Positions 9,277-19,326 are shown, counted from the first letter of the stretch. The stretch: DNA of 64,000 bases from an uncultured Pseudomonadota bacterium (GCA_963836235.1 CAWIIP010000002.1:608001-672000); one strand, 5' to 3'. Numbers and translations are program-made. Notes: generated by a model not told the origin, from the sequence alone.

Positions 9277-11373
9277 TCACTGTTGGCTTTCAAGATACGA
9301 AAGGGTGTCTTGAACGTTAGTGTAATTCGGAATGGATTGGGCGGCCATCAAATAGGCTCGACGGGCTTCTTGGGGCTGGTGATTGAGAAGGTAAAAATTC
9401 CCCAATTTGTAATACAAATTAGCGGCGGGATAACCTTTTTCAATCGCCCGGCGAAGAGCCTGAATATTGGGCCCCAAGTCGGTGCCAAAATGATACTGGG
9501 CCGCCCACTCCCCATAACAGGACTCCAAAAAGGGGTCGCCGGCCATCAAGGGCAGTCCTTCGGACAACTTTTGAATCGTCAATAAATATTGGCTTCGATC
9601 GTTCATCGTATTTTCAGCCTTGATCGTCAACTGATGGAAATATTGGTGGGCAATGGCCCACTTGGAAAAAATTTCTAAATTTTGCGGGGTGAGAGAAATA
9701 ATTCCGACCGCCGATCCCCCATCAGCGACGGCATAAGGCGTAATTCGGTACCAATGGGATTCGGGAAAACGCTTGAATAGAAAAGGAACGTAATGGACAT
9801 TGGTGACCACGCCCGCCCATCTGGCATTCTTGATTTGAAATTTTGGATTTAACAAGGAGTTAAAATGATAACTTGTCACATTCAAGGTATGGTCATGGTC
9901 CAAGAGAATAAAATCCGTGAAGATCAGCCCCGGTCCCTCCGATTGGGCCATGGGTTTCAGTTTTTCGTAAGCCCAATAATTTTCGTCCTGAATGTTTGCG
10001 GCGGGGCGGAAAGGGAGAATAGCGATATCGGAAATTTTAAGTAAATGAATTAAATCCAATGAAAAAGAAAGAAGGAGGATCACCAAAAACACAGGCAAAC
10101 CTTTTCGATCAGGAATGAACTCCAGAAGCCAAACCATTCCGATACTGGCAACGAGGATTAAAAGAGGCATCAATTGGATGACCCTAAACATTTCAACGTG
10201 ATCCGCTGACAAAACACCCGGCAAGCTAAATAAAACAAGGGCGCCTAAGATGGACTTCGCCAACCCGTCCCCATTTTCTTTAAGTAGACGAATTACCCCG
10301 ATAAAAAAACAGGAACCCAGGAAGGGGTTCAACATCCCACCCCAAATAGGACCATAAGCCGCGGGGCCTTTGATGGTCCCCCAAAAAAAGGCCGTAAAAT
10401 ACGAAATAGAATTTATAAACTGTTCTTTCCAATTAAAATACCCGCTAAATAACGAAACACCCAGAACGTAGCCTCCAAACTTCTCATGAATGGCGGCGAC
10501 CACCCATGGAAGGGCGCCCAAAATCAAAAAAAACAGGAAAACCCAAAAGAACTTGAATTTGCGCAACCGATCTTTCGCTTCCAAGACAAACAGAGCCAGG
10601 ACCAAAAAGAAAAGAACCGCGAACCAGGAAGTGTAGGCCCAAGTTCCGAGGCCGGCACAAAGGCCCAGCCCCGCTACGAAATGGGTTTTGGATTTTGGCG
10701 TTAGGGATTTCAAGTAATAACCTAACAATAAAAAGGCGATCGTTTCAAATAGAGGAATCAAAACACCTTGTACGCAAAATCTGCCTAAACACATGGGCCA
10801 AAAACTAACGGCGGCTAAGCAAAAATAAATAGCCGAAACATTACGGGAGAAAAACAATCGGGCTGTCCAGTAACTGAGAAAAACAAAAAAAACCGAAACA
10901 CAAGCGGGGAAAAACCAAAGATTTAAAAAGGGGGATTCAAAATACTGGAAAAACCATTTCAACAGCCAAATAAGCAGGGGAGGATGTTGCCCCGTGGTGT
11001 AAAAGAACCTCCAATTCCAATCGTGGATGAGATCAATTGCGAATAAACCTTGAAGACTTTCATCTCCCGAAGGCCACAAGTGGAAAGTTTGAAGCCGATA
11101 AAACCGGGTAATAATTGTAGTGATCGAAAAAAGAAGGAAAAGTATCTTAGGAAAAAAAGGAAGGTCCACAGCTGAAGAAGTACAGCTATCGGAATGTCCG
11201 CAAACAGTTATCGATCTCAAGGCTATATAAATGGGAAGAACCACCCCAAAAACAAAAAATAGCCCTTTCGCCTGAATACTAAAAGAGGCATAAGATAAAA
11301 AAGCATTCGCCAGATTAAGTACAAGAAAAAGAAGCCATAAACCCAAACCTTTTTGAGACTCCAATGCTTTCAA
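9277..11373 (-). CDS. GT-C fold (ArnT/PMT-like) glycosyltransferase with C-terminal TPR
   Basis: RFYRL..W.SGDE, HPPL, FWP...R, many TM helices, YYKLGNFY...EARRAYLMA TPR-like end. Confidence 0.75.
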   Translation of the reverse strand: MKALESQKGLGLWLLFLVLNLANAFLSYASFSIQAKGLFFVFGVVLPIYIALRSITVCGHSDSCTSSAVDLPFFPKILFLLFSITTIITRFYRLQTFHLWPSGDESLQGLFAIDLIHDWNWRFFYTTGQHPPLLIWLLKWFFQYFESPFLNLWFFPACVSVFFVFLSYWTARLFFSRNVSAIYFCLAAVSFWPMCLGRFCVQGVLIPLFETIAFLLLGYYLKSLTPKSKTHFVAGLGLCAGLGTWAYTSWFAVLFFLVLALFVLEAKDRLRKFKFFWVFLFFLILGALPWVVAAIHEKFGGYVLGVSLFSGYFNWKEQFINSISYFTAFFWGTIKGPAAYGPIWGGMLNPFLGSCFFIGVIRLLKENGDGLAKSILGALVLFSLPGVLSADHVEMFRVIQLMPLLILVASIGMVWLLEFIPDRKGLPVFLVILLLSFSLDLIHLLKISDIAILPFRPAANIQDENYWAYEKLKPMAQSEGPGLIFTDFILLDHDHTLNVTSYHFNSLLNPKFQIKNARWAGVVTNVHYVPFLFKRFPESHWYRITPYAVADGGSAVGIISLTPQNLEIFSKWAIAHQYFHQLTIKAENTMNDRSQYLLTIQKLSEGLPLMAGDPFLESCYGEWAAQYHFGTDLGPNIQALRRAIEKGYPAANLYYKLGNFYLLNHQPQEARRAYLMAAQSIPNYTNVQDTLSYLESQQ

Positions 11374-11419
11374 TTCGACTCCAATTCACAAAGGTTTGTC
11401 TTTCGACCAAATTCATTTT

Positions 11420-13552
11420 TCAATTTTCGATGGTGAAGTTATTTTTGATTTTAAATTTTGATTCCACTTCGATGGCCTTTCGAAGTGCCTTCTGGGCCTC
11501 CTCGGTCCGATGTTGTTGGAAGAGAAGCTCAGCCAATTTCTGATACAAATGAACTGCCGGATACCCTTGTCGGATGGCCTTTTGGAGAGCGACAATATTT
11601 TCAAGATAAGAGGGGCTGAAAAAATACTGTGAAAACCATTCCCAATAGCAAGCCTCCATAAATCGGTCGCCTTTGACACTGTCATAACTTTTAACAAGGT
11701 ATTGGACGGATTGTTCGTATTTTTCTTTTTGGTTGTAGCTTCCTTCCCCATCCAGTTGGAATTGATGGAAAACCATTTGGGCTTTAATCCAATTCTTTAT
11801 CGTTTCCCGATTGTCGTTGGTGACGGATAAAACTCCAAGCGCCAAACCTCCTTCCAGTTCGGGGATGCCATTCCCGACCCAATACCATTTCGATTTGGGA
11901 AACCGCTTGGACAAAAAAGGCTGATAATGGATGTTGGTTAAGATGGCCGCCCAACTTGCGGTTCCAGAATCCAATCCCGGATTAATGGCCGAGTTAAAGG
12001 GATAGGTGGTTACAAAAAGGGAGTGGCCATATTGAACGGGAAGAAAATCAGTGAAAATGATACCTGGCCCCCAGTTTAAACGAAGCGAGTTTAATATTTG
12101 ATAGGCCTTTAGATTCGGGTCAAGAGAGGCGTTCGATCCATTTTCCCTGGCACGGAAATACACTACAGCTGGCCTTAGAAGCTGATTCGCGTCCAACAGG
12201 AAGGATAAAAATAGCAACCCGCAAAGAGCCATTTTGCGTTTGTTTTCATTCCCAATTTCCAAAAGAAGTTTTTGTAAGCCTAACACAACGATCAACAATA
12301 AAAACGGCATCACCTGGATAATACGATTCAATTCAACATAATCCCCCGCCAAGAAGGCTGGCAATATGCATAAGACAAATCCCAAACCTAGCCATTTCGA
12401 CAGTGTTTCGGAACGTTCTTGATAAAGCCCTAATATTCCCATAAAAAAACAAGAGGTCAAAATCGGATTCAAAATCCCACCCCAGGTTGGGCCATAGGAA
12501 GAATCCGTTTGCAATGAACCCCAAAAAAGAGAGGTGATATAAGAAAAGTGGGTTATGACTTGATGCGAGCTGGAAAACCAATGGCCCATAGCGGATGAAT
12601 CAGTCAAATGATGACCATAACCCTCCTTAAATGAAGCCAAGGCAAATGGGAGCAACCCCAGCGACAAAGAAATAAAAAATAAAAAAGCGTTAGAAATTAA
12701 TTTTTTGTAGGCAAGAACCAAAATAATCCCGAATAAAAAAAACAATACGAAAACCCAGGAAATAAAAGTGAAAGTTCCTAGACCACACCAAATTCCCATT
12801 AAAAAAGGCCACAAAATCGGTTTAGGGCTCGGAAGACTTTTGATCCAGCGAAAAAAGATCAAAAAACTGGAAAATTCCCAAAAAGGAACAAAAAGTCCTT
12901 GATGGCAAAAACGGCTGAGATAGAGCGGCCAAAAGCTGAAAGCTAATAAGAAGGCTAAGAGAACTGAAGAGGATTTAGATAAAAATTCCCGGCCGCAAAA
13001 ATAGCCTAATGGAATCGTAATGGCTGAAAACAATGCAGGTAATAACCATAACGCCACAAAAGGAGATTTAAACATTTTTAAAAAAAGAGCCAGTGTCCAA
13101 ATGAGAAAGGGAGGATGTTCGCCTACCGTATAAAAAAATTGCCAATTCCAATTTTTTAAAAGGGAGAGGGCCAGGAACCCATGCAACGCCTCGTCGCCCG
13201 TCGGCCATAAATAAATTTGGGTTAATCTATAAAAACGGATGAGAACGGAAAGAAGTCCAAGTACAACCCAAATCGCCGTTGTATTGGAAAGTGTGAAGGT
13301 TTCTTTTTGATTTATCTTTTCCACCCCGATCACTTGAGGGGTGAGTGATGCCAGGAAAAACGCGATAGGGATGAAAATGCCAAAAAAGAAAATCCATCCT
13401 TTCGCCTGATAAGAAAAAACAGAATAAGATAAAAAACAATTGGAAACAAAAAACAAGAGAAAATAAATCAAAAAATATTGTTTTTGATTTTCGTTTTTCA
13501 ACGAAGCCAAACTTGGCCAATTTCTAGTAAAACAATAATCAAAATCCAACAA
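11420..13552 (-). CDS. GT-C fold (ArnT/PMT-like) glycosyltransferase with C-terminal TPR, paralog of the adjacent gene
   Basis: Shares RFYRL..WP.GDE, WNW.FFYT.G.HPP, YGP.WGG.LNP, GPG.IFTDF, GYPA.LY.KL with the neighbour; start uncertain. Confidence 0.75.
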   Translation of the reverse strand: MLDFDYCFTRNWPSLASLKNENQKQYFLIYFLLFFVSNCFLSYSVFSYQAKGWIFFFGIFIPIAFFLASLTPQVIGVEKINQKETFTLSNTTAIWVVLGLLSVLIRFYRLTQIYLWPTGDEALHGFLALSLLKNWNWQFFYTVGEHPPFLIWTLALFLKMFKSPFVALWLLPALFSAITIPLGYFCGREFLSKSSSVLLAFLLAFSFWPLYLSRFCHQGLFVPFWEFSSFLIFFRWIKSLPSPKPILWPFLMGIWCGLGTFTFISWVFVLFFLFGIILVLAYKKLISNAFLFFISLSLGLLPFALASFKEGYGHHLTDSSAMGHWFSSSHQVITHFSYITSLFWGSLQTDSSYGPTWGGILNPILTSCFFMGILGLYQERSETLSKWLGLGFVLCILPAFLAGDYVELNRIIQVMPFLLLIVVLGLQKLLLEIGNENKRKMALCGLLFLSFLLDANQLLRPAVVYFRARENGSNASLDPNLKAYQILNSLRLNWGPGIIFTDFLPVQYGHSLFVTTYPFNSAINPGLDSGTASWAAILTNIHYQPFLSKRFPKSKWYWVGNGIPELEGGLALGVLSVTNDNRETIKNWIKAQMVFHQFQLDGEGSYNQKEKYEQSVQYLVKSYDSVKGDRFMEACYWEWFSQYFFSPSYLENIVALQKAIRQGYPAVHLYQKLAELLFQQHRTEEAQKALRKAIEVESKFKIKNNFTIEN

Positions 13553-14223
13553 CCAAATATAACCCGGCCCATTCTTGAGAAAATTCCAATTTTGTTACCC
13601 GATTCTTTTTTCAAGAACAAGAAAAACAGATAATTCAAAAAACAACCTCCTAAAAAACAAAAGACTAACAAAAAATGCGGCTCAAAATCTTTAACTGTTT
13701 TAAAAACAAGAACTACTGAAATCCAAAAATAAAAACATATCCATCCAATAAACCAATAATGAATTGCTTTTTCTTTCCAACCTGCAACTTTCGACATCTT
13801 TTTGTAATTCGAATCAACGTACCCTATTGTGAAAAGAAATAAGCAAATAAAAAGCAGTCCTGTTCCAAAGCACTTCAGAAAATCGAATGTTTGAAATTGA
13901 ATGGAAAGACCAAAAATACTGTCAGCCCATAACAAAAAATAGGTCATCGATAACAAATTTGAGACAATTCCCGCAGTTAAAACAGTAATCCAACTCATCA
14001 ATAGCGTCCCAAGAACAGCGCAAAGAGCCGCTGATCCAAACAAGGCCCACTTGATCAAGCTCGTGTTTGAGAAATCAGAAATTTCATTCGTCATCAGAAA
14101 ACCATGGGGATCTTTAGAAATTGGAGTCAATATAAGAAAAAGAAAAACAAGGCTTGTGGTTGCACAAAAAAAAACGAAAACCTCAAAATATTCTTTAGCC
14201 ATTTGAACCATTTGCCCGCCCAT
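13498..14223 (-). CDS. Hypothetical multi-pass membrane protein
   Basis: 241-aa ORF with about seven hydrophobic segments, first gene of the AT-rich minus-strand cluster. Confidence 0.65.
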   Translation of the reverse strand: MGGQMVQMAKEYFEVFVFFCATTSLVFLFLILTPISKDPHGFLMTNEISDFSNTSLIKWALFGSAALCAVLGTLLMSWITVLTAGIVSNLLSMTYFLLWADSIFGLSIQFQTFDFLKCFGTGLLFICLFLFTIGYVDSNYKKMSKVAGWKEKAIHYWFIGWICFYFWISVVLVFKTVKDFEPHFLLVFCFLGGCFLNYLFFLFLKKESGNKIGIFSRMGRVIFGCWILIIVLLEIGQVWLR

Positions 14224-14361
14224 TTATTTTTGGATATGCGATTTCATATAACCGTATCATCCGCCAAAATGAGGAGGAAAGAAAATAGTGAAAAATCACC
14301 TTTATGTTGAATAACCCCAATTTTATTGAAGAAATCATCTAACAAATAGCTATTTATCCTA

Positions 14362-14390
14362 TTGATTCATAATATAACATAATATATCAT
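14362..14390 (+). promoter_or_regulatory. Sigma70-type promoter overlapped by three phased 10-bp repeats
   Basis: TTGATT (14362-67), 17 nt spacer, TATCAT (14385-90); CATAATATAA CATAATATAT CATAACATTG at 14368-14397. Confidence 0.55.
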
Positions 14391-14471
14391 AACATTGTTT
14401 TAGTTTTCAGTCTAATGAACTTAGCAAGTGTGTTCAAAATTAATGAGGCTATTAACCCAAAGGAGCGTCAA

Positions 14472-14942
14472 ATGAAACAAAAATGGTCGAAAGAAAAAAT
14501 TGTTGAAATTGTGCAACAATTACAAAAACAAAATATAGATATTTCAGCAAGTAATATTTCAAAAAATTATATTCCACTTTTTACTGCCGCCTGCTCCCGC
14601 CGCTATTTTTCTAGCTGGGCAAATGCGATAAATGCAGCTGGTATTGATTACGAGCAAATATTGGAAGCCGGAAAGAGTCGCCGCCGTAAAAAATTAACAA
14701 AATGGTCTAAGGAACAGGTACTAGAGGAAGTTCGCAGAGCAGAATCGCAAAATCTGTTAACAACTTACCGTGACAGATTAGCTCTTTATTCGGCTGCTCG
14801 AAGGGAATTTGGAAGTTGGAAACAGGCTTTGGAAGCGGCGGGATTTCGCTTAACAAAAGGTTCTCATAAAAATTCAAATCAGATTTTTCGTTCAGAAGAA
14901 AATACCATCGAGACAAAAAAATCTTTGGATATCAATGTTTAA
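14472..14942 (+). CDS. Stand-alone two-repeat putative nucleic-acid-binding protein (resembles homing-endonuclease-associated repeat)
   Basis: SD AGGAG before ATG 14472; two copies of KWSKE...L.(T/S)AA..R.F(S/G)SW..A..AAG; basic linker KSRRRKK. Confidence 0.75.
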   Translation: MKQKWSKEKIVEIVQQLQKQNIDISASNISKNYIPLFTAACSRRYFSSWANAINAAGIDYEQILEAGKSRRRKKLTKWSKEQVLEEVRRAESQNLLTTYRDRLALYSAARREFGSWKQALEAAGFRLTKGSHKNSNQIFRSEENTIETKKSLDINV

Positions 14943-15154
14943 TAATTTTACCTATTTCTAATAAACTTTCTCATTCTCAATAAAATAAACCTTACTTATT
15001 AATTTTTGATCGAACTGATGAGTTCAAACTGTGGTTACAATGTATTTCCTTTTGATATTCGAAGAGAGTTTAGGCTTGCTTAGAAGACAGCTATACTTAC
15101 ACAAATCTTTACTAATAAAAATTGACATGGTGCCCAATAATGGCAATCTTAAAG

Positions 15155-15475
15155 AGTAATCGGTGTAACTTAGAATTCTAAAATGAACTTCACCAGCCTT
15201 ACGAAGTTTTTTTTGGTCGAACATACCTAGACACTCACCTTATCCGGGCTTCATTCGTACCGCTTCCCCGCAAAATTCATCGGCTTTGGTGTTCGCATTT
15301 GGTTGCCGATATCTTCAACTGTATTTTGCACGACCGTTTCCAAGTGGTCCTGAGGCTTGGCGTCGTTAATCTTGACGACTTTGGAAATGGATTTTGTTGC
15401 GACCTACTGTGTCATTTCTTTTTTACAGGAAACGCCTTGATGTTTAGACTATTGGAAATGTTGATCAGTTCCTAA
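15155..15475 (+). ncRNA. Candidate structured non-coding RNA of about 300 nt (family unrecognised)
   Basis: Nested helices with G-U pairs that work only on the + strand, a UUCG tetraloop, locally raised GC, upstream TTGACA; ends approximate. Confidence 0.5.
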
Positions 15476-15635
15476 TTTGACCCATAGGAAGCTATCTCTT
15501 CGATCTAAATGCACAAAAGATATCCTAAAATTGTCAAATAATTAATCCACTACTTAAATTCGACGCTTAATATTTGAAGGGCAGTGAAAAGTAAAAATCA
15601 GTAGAAATGAAACGGATTATCTAAAATTCGATCGC

Positions 15636-16151
15636 TTAAAAATGATAGGCTAGAGCCAAAGTTGGACGATTGTTGTCGCCCATATAAGCGATTGGTTTTA
15701 ATCCGTGTTCATCATCATAATCATTGGCAGCAGCTGGTGCATGAGCCATATCAATTATCCATAATCCCGTGAAAGCGATAATACCACCCCATATCAAATT
15801 AGTTCCAATCGTGTTGGCATTATTTGAATCACCTAAAATTCCACCGGAAAAAGTAGTGGTATCAGACTTTATCAATACTCCTAGTCCGACTGAAACCACA
15901 GAAACAACTTCCCCTGTTAAAAGAACATTTCCCATTAGATTATCGTCGGCATAAAAATGACCATAGCCATGAATTAGTAATCCCGGGAAGAAGGCCAAAA
16001 GAAACGCTTTATTAGGATCTTTGTAGAAATAATCTTGATGATTTGTTGCAAGACTTCCGGATAAGCCCGTATCTGAATTTTGAGCCCAAACACAGGAGAT
16101 AGAAAACATAAAAAGAATCGAAAAAAATATTTTATAGAATGTTTTTTTCAT
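15636..16151 (-). CDS. Exported/membrane protein with TM2-like motif
   Basis: MKKTFYKIFF...AQ signal peptide; KDPNKAFLLAFFPG..GYGHFY; start moved to ATG 16151. Confidence 0.7.
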   Translation of the reverse strand: MKKTFYKIFFSILFMFSISCVWAQNSDTGLSGSLATNHQDYFYKDPNKAFLLAFFPGLLIHGYGHFYADDNLMGNVLLTGEVVSVVSVGLGVLIKSDTTTFSGGILGDSNNANTIGTNLIWGGIIAFTGLWIIDMAHAPAAANDYDDEHGLKPIAYMGDNNRPTLALAYHF

Positions 16152-16164
16152 AGGTGATCGCTTT

Positions 16165-16193
16165 ATTCTACGTGTTGACTGTATTTTGGTCAA
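16165..16193 (-). promoter_or_regulatory. Sigma70-type promoter of the TM2-like gene
   Basis: TTGACC (16193-88), 17 nt spacer, TAGAAT (16170-65). Confidence 0.65.
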
Positions 16194-16244
16194 AAGAAAA
16201 GTTTGTTTCGACTCTTTGAAAAAAACTGAATGTTTAAGCAAAAT

Positions 16245-16724
16245 TTAGGCACTAACCTTTATTTCTTTTTTCTTTTTTTTCTTCTCGCCTTGAATGTTCG
16301 ATTCCGACGAAGGTGTTTCACTTGTTTCTTTTTTCTCTGTTTTCGTTTCAGATGTTTTTTCTTCCGCGGGACGGTCAACCAATTCTAAAAAAACCATTTC
16401 CGCTCCATCACCCATTCGATATCCCAATTTTAAAATACGGGTGTATCCCCCTTTGCGCTCGGCATAACGATATATCAGAGTCTTAAATAACTTATTGACC
16501 ACTTCGCGCTCTCTTACAAAACCAAGAACACGTCGTTTAGAAGCCAACGTTTCTTTTTTTGCAATCGTAATCATTTTCTCCGCGTATCTGCGGATTTCTT
16601 TAGCCCGAACCTTTGTTGTCTTAATTCTTTCATGTTTTAAAAGAGACGTTACCATATTCCTAACCATGGCACGACGATGAGCAGGTTGAACTCCTAAACG
16701 CCCATGATGTGATTGATGTCTCAT
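16245..16724 (-). CDS. rplQ: 50S ribosomal protein L17
   Basis: MRH...HR.AM.RN, GGYTRI.K. Confidence 0.97.
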   Translation of the reverse strand: MRHQSHHGRLGVQPAHRRAMVRNMVTSLLKHERIKTTKVRAKEIRRYAEKMITIAKKETLASKRRVLGFVREREVVNKLFKTLIYRYAERKGGYTRILKLGYRMGDGAEMVFLELVDRPAEEKTSETKTEKKETSETPSSESNIQGEKKKKKKEIKVSA

Positions 16725-16742
16725 TACAAACTCCTGTTCGAA

Positions 16743-17756
16743 TTAAACGTTGGCTTCGATACGAGCCGAAGATAAAGACTTGCCTTTTGCAAGAATAGAA
16801 TCTACATCCATCCCAAAAGAAAGACCCATTCCACCCAAAATTTCTTTTATTTCATTCAGCGACTTTCTGCCAAAATTCTTATACTTCAACATGTCTGACT
16901 CAGTTTTTCGAACCAAATCGCCAATAGTTTTAATATTGGCCGTTTTCAAGCAATTCGCCGAGCGAACCGAAAGCTCCAATTCTTCAACGCTCTCATTCAA
17001 AAGTTCACGCAGACGCTCTTCCTCTTCACTAACCGAATCGTCCTGTTGAATTGGCTCTTCTTCAAAATTAATGAATATCTGAAGGGAGTCCCGTAATATT
17101 TTAGAAGCATGCGCCAAAGCATCCTCAGGGTGAATTCGACCATCAGTCCAAATCTCCATTATCAATTTGTCATAATCCGTCATTTGGCCAATGCGCGCCG
17201 ATTCAACAGAATATTTTACCTGAGTCACTGGGGTAAAAATCGAATCAACTGGAATGACTCCAATGGACTGGCCTTCTCGCTTGTTGCGTTCAGCTGGAGC
17301 ATAACCACGTCCTTCGCCAACTTCAATTTCGATATCCAAAGCAGAATCCTCTTCAGTTAATGTCGCTAAATGAAGTTGCGGGTTCAAAATCTCAATGTCA
17401 GCATCTGTTTGAATATCTGCAGCGACAACATTTCGCTCACCTTTAACAGATAAACGAATGGTCTTTGTACCCGAATTAAAAATTTTGATCTTGAGTTCTT
17501 TTAAATTCAAAATAATTTCTGTGGTGTCTTCCACCACTCCAGGGATTGAGGAAAATTCATGTGTGACACCCTCAAACTTTACTGATGTAATTGCCGCTCC
17601 AGTAATTGAAGAAAGAAGAATCCTTCGTAAAGAATTTCCAACAGATTGTCCATAACCTCTTTCAAAGGGTTCGGCAATAAATTTCCCATATGCTGGAGTA
17701 AGAGTATCTTTTTCATAATCCAAAAATTTTGGGATCTGCACATTTCCAATTTGCAT
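16743..17756 (-). CDS. rpoA: RNA polymerase alpha subunit
   Basis: [36 protein letters not shown]. Confidence 0.98.
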   Translation of the reverse strand: MQIGNVQIPKFLDYEKDTLTPAYGKFIAEPFERGYGQSVGNSLRRILLSSITGAAITSVKFEGVTHEFSSIPGVVEDTTEIILNLKELKIKIFNSGTKTIRLSVKGERNVVAADIQTDADIEILNPQLHLATLTEEDSALDIEIEVGEGRGYAPAERNKREGQSIGVIPVDSIFTPVTQVKYSVESARIGQMTDYDKLIMEIWTDGRIHPEDALAHASKILRDSLQIFINFEEEPIQQDDSVSEEEERLRELLNESVEELELSVRSANCLKTANIKTIGDLVRKTESDMLKYKNFGRKSLNEIKEILGGMGLSFGMDVDSILAKGKSLSSARIEANV

Positions 17757-17815
17757 GATGCCTCCTGCTAAAATAGTCCTAGAAGGACCTATCTACACTT
17801 TTTAGATGTTTATTA

Positions 17816-18436
17816 CTATTTCGAATACAATTCCACAATAAGCTGCTCTTGAACGGGTAACGCTATCTCATCTTTTGTTGGAACTTTTTTGAATGTTCCT
17901 GATAAGGTTCCCGTGTCAACTTCTAACCATTCTGGAACGCCGCGTTTTTGAAGCGTTTCTAATGATCGTTTCAAACCGACATTTTCCCGAAACCTCTCCA
18001 AAATTGAAATCTTATCCCCCGCTTTTAAATTATAAGATGGTATATCGACCTTCTTTTCATTTACCAAAATCATACCATGCCGTACAACTTGCCTGGCTTG
18101 GCGCCGAGATTCCGCAAAACCCATTCGATAAATAGTATTATCCAATCGCTGCTCTAACAATTGCAGAAGGGTTTCGCCTGTTACACCTTTTTTTCTGGCT
18201 GCAATTGAAAAATAACGGCGAAATTGGCGTTCAAACAGCCCATATATTCTCTTGACCTTTTGCTTTTCTCGAAGCTGGAGTCCATATTCCGTATCTTTTT
18301 TGCGTCTTTGCCCGTGTTGACCAGGAGCATACCCTCTTCGCTCAAAAGCACATTTCTCGGTTTCACAGCGTGTTCCTTTTAAATAAAGCTTCATACCTTC
18401 ACGGCGACAGAGGCGACATACAGATTGAGCACTCAT
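17816..18436 (-). CDS. rpsD: 30S ribosomal protein S4
   Basis: [26 protein letters not shown]. Confidence 0.98.
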   Translation of the reverse strand: MSAQSVCRLCRREGMKLYLKGTRCETEKCAFERRGYAPGQHGQRRKKDTEYGLQLREKQKVKRIYGLFERQFRRYFSIAARKKGVTGETLLQLLEQRLDNTIYRMGFAESRRQARQVVRHGMILVNEKKVDIPSYNLKAGDKISILERFRENVGLKRSLETLQKRGVPEWLEVDTGTLSGTFKKVPTKDEIALPVQEQLIVELYSK

Positions 18437-18448
18437 GGGGAATCTCCT

Positions 18449-18877
18449 TTATACTCGCCGACGTTTTGGCGGCCGGCATCCATTATGTGGGACAGGTGTA
18501 ACATCTTTAATCATTGAGATTTGTAACCCACTCGTTTGAATGGCCCTAATAGCTGCTTCCCGTCCCGAACCCGGACCTTTCACGTAAACTTCCACTGATT
18601 TCATTCCTGCATCAACCGCTTTCTTTCCGGCAGTTTCAGCAGCCACTTGAGCCGCAAAAGGGGTTGATTTACGGCTTCCTTTAAAGTTCATGGAACCCGC
18701 CGATGACCAAGTCACAACATTACCTTTTGGTTCCGTAACCGTTACTAGTGTGTTATTAAATGTGCATTGAATATGGACCACACCATTGCGTGGCGCCTTT
18801 TTACCCTTTTTAACCGCTACGGGAGTAGCCATCTTTTCGTCTTTTGTTTCGATTTTTGATTCCGCTTTATCAACCAC
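18449..18877 (-). CDS. rpsK: 30S ribosomal protein S11
   Basis: [28 protein letters not shown]; GTG 18877 follows SD AAGGAG. Confidence 0.97.
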   Translation of the reverse strand: MVDKAESKIETKDEKMATPVAVKKGKKAPRNGVVHIQCTFNNTLVTVTEPKGNVVTWSSAGSMNFKGSRKSTPFAAQVAAETAGKKAVDAGMKSVEVYVKGPGSGREAAIRAIQTSGLQISMIKDVTPVPHNGCRPPKRRRV

Positions 18878-18932
18878 TCTTTTTCTCCTTACACTTCCCG
18901 CCCATGTGAAAATGAGCAAATCAAATTAAGTT

Positions 18933-19313
18933 TTACTCTTCTTTTTTACGCCCGCTTCCAACCGTCTTTCGCGGACCCTTTCGGGTGCGCGCATTCGTCT
19001 TTGTCCGTTGCCCCCTCACAGGAAGTCCCTTACGATGACGGCTTCCTCGGAAAGTTCCTATGTCGATCAAACGCTTAATATTCATGGAAACTTCACGGCG
19101 TAAATCACCTTCGACCTTTAGGTTTTCCGAATTAATCGTATTTTGAATCCGAGCAATTTCATCGTCCTTCAAATTCTTTACTCGCACATCCGGATTGACA
19201 TTGGCTTTAACCAAAACTCTTTTAGACAAGGCCAAACCAATTCCATAAAGATAGGTCAAAGCCACTTCAATACGCTTCTCTTTTGGTAAATCAATTCCCG
19301 CAATTCGAGCCAT
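18933..19313 (-). CDS. rpsM: 30S ribosomal protein S13
   Basis: [27 protein letters not shown]. Confidence 0.98.
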   Translation of the reverse strand: MARIAGIDLPKEKRIEVALTYLYGIGLALSKRVLVKANVNPDVRVKNLKDDEIARIQNTINSENLKVEGDLRREVSMNIKRLIDIGTFRGSRHRKGLPVRGQRTKTNARTRKGPRKTVGSGRKKEE

Positions 19314-19326
19314 GCCTTCTCCTCAA

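Noticed and set aside
15012-15030. CTGATGAG resembling a hammerhead ribozyme core
   Set aside because: No following stem II with GAAA and no stem I/III; only a small GAACT/AGTTC hairpin
15024-15224. 66-aa minus-strand ORF in the gap
   Set aside because: No recognisable features or clear SD, and it overlaps the better-supported plus-strand RNA structure
15155-15530. Group I/II intron, retron, tmRNA, RNase P or SRP identity for the structured region
   Set aside because: No host gene, no reverse transcriptase, no P7 complement, no domain V, no tRNA-like ends, and no GAGGAAAGUCC or SRP loop motif seen
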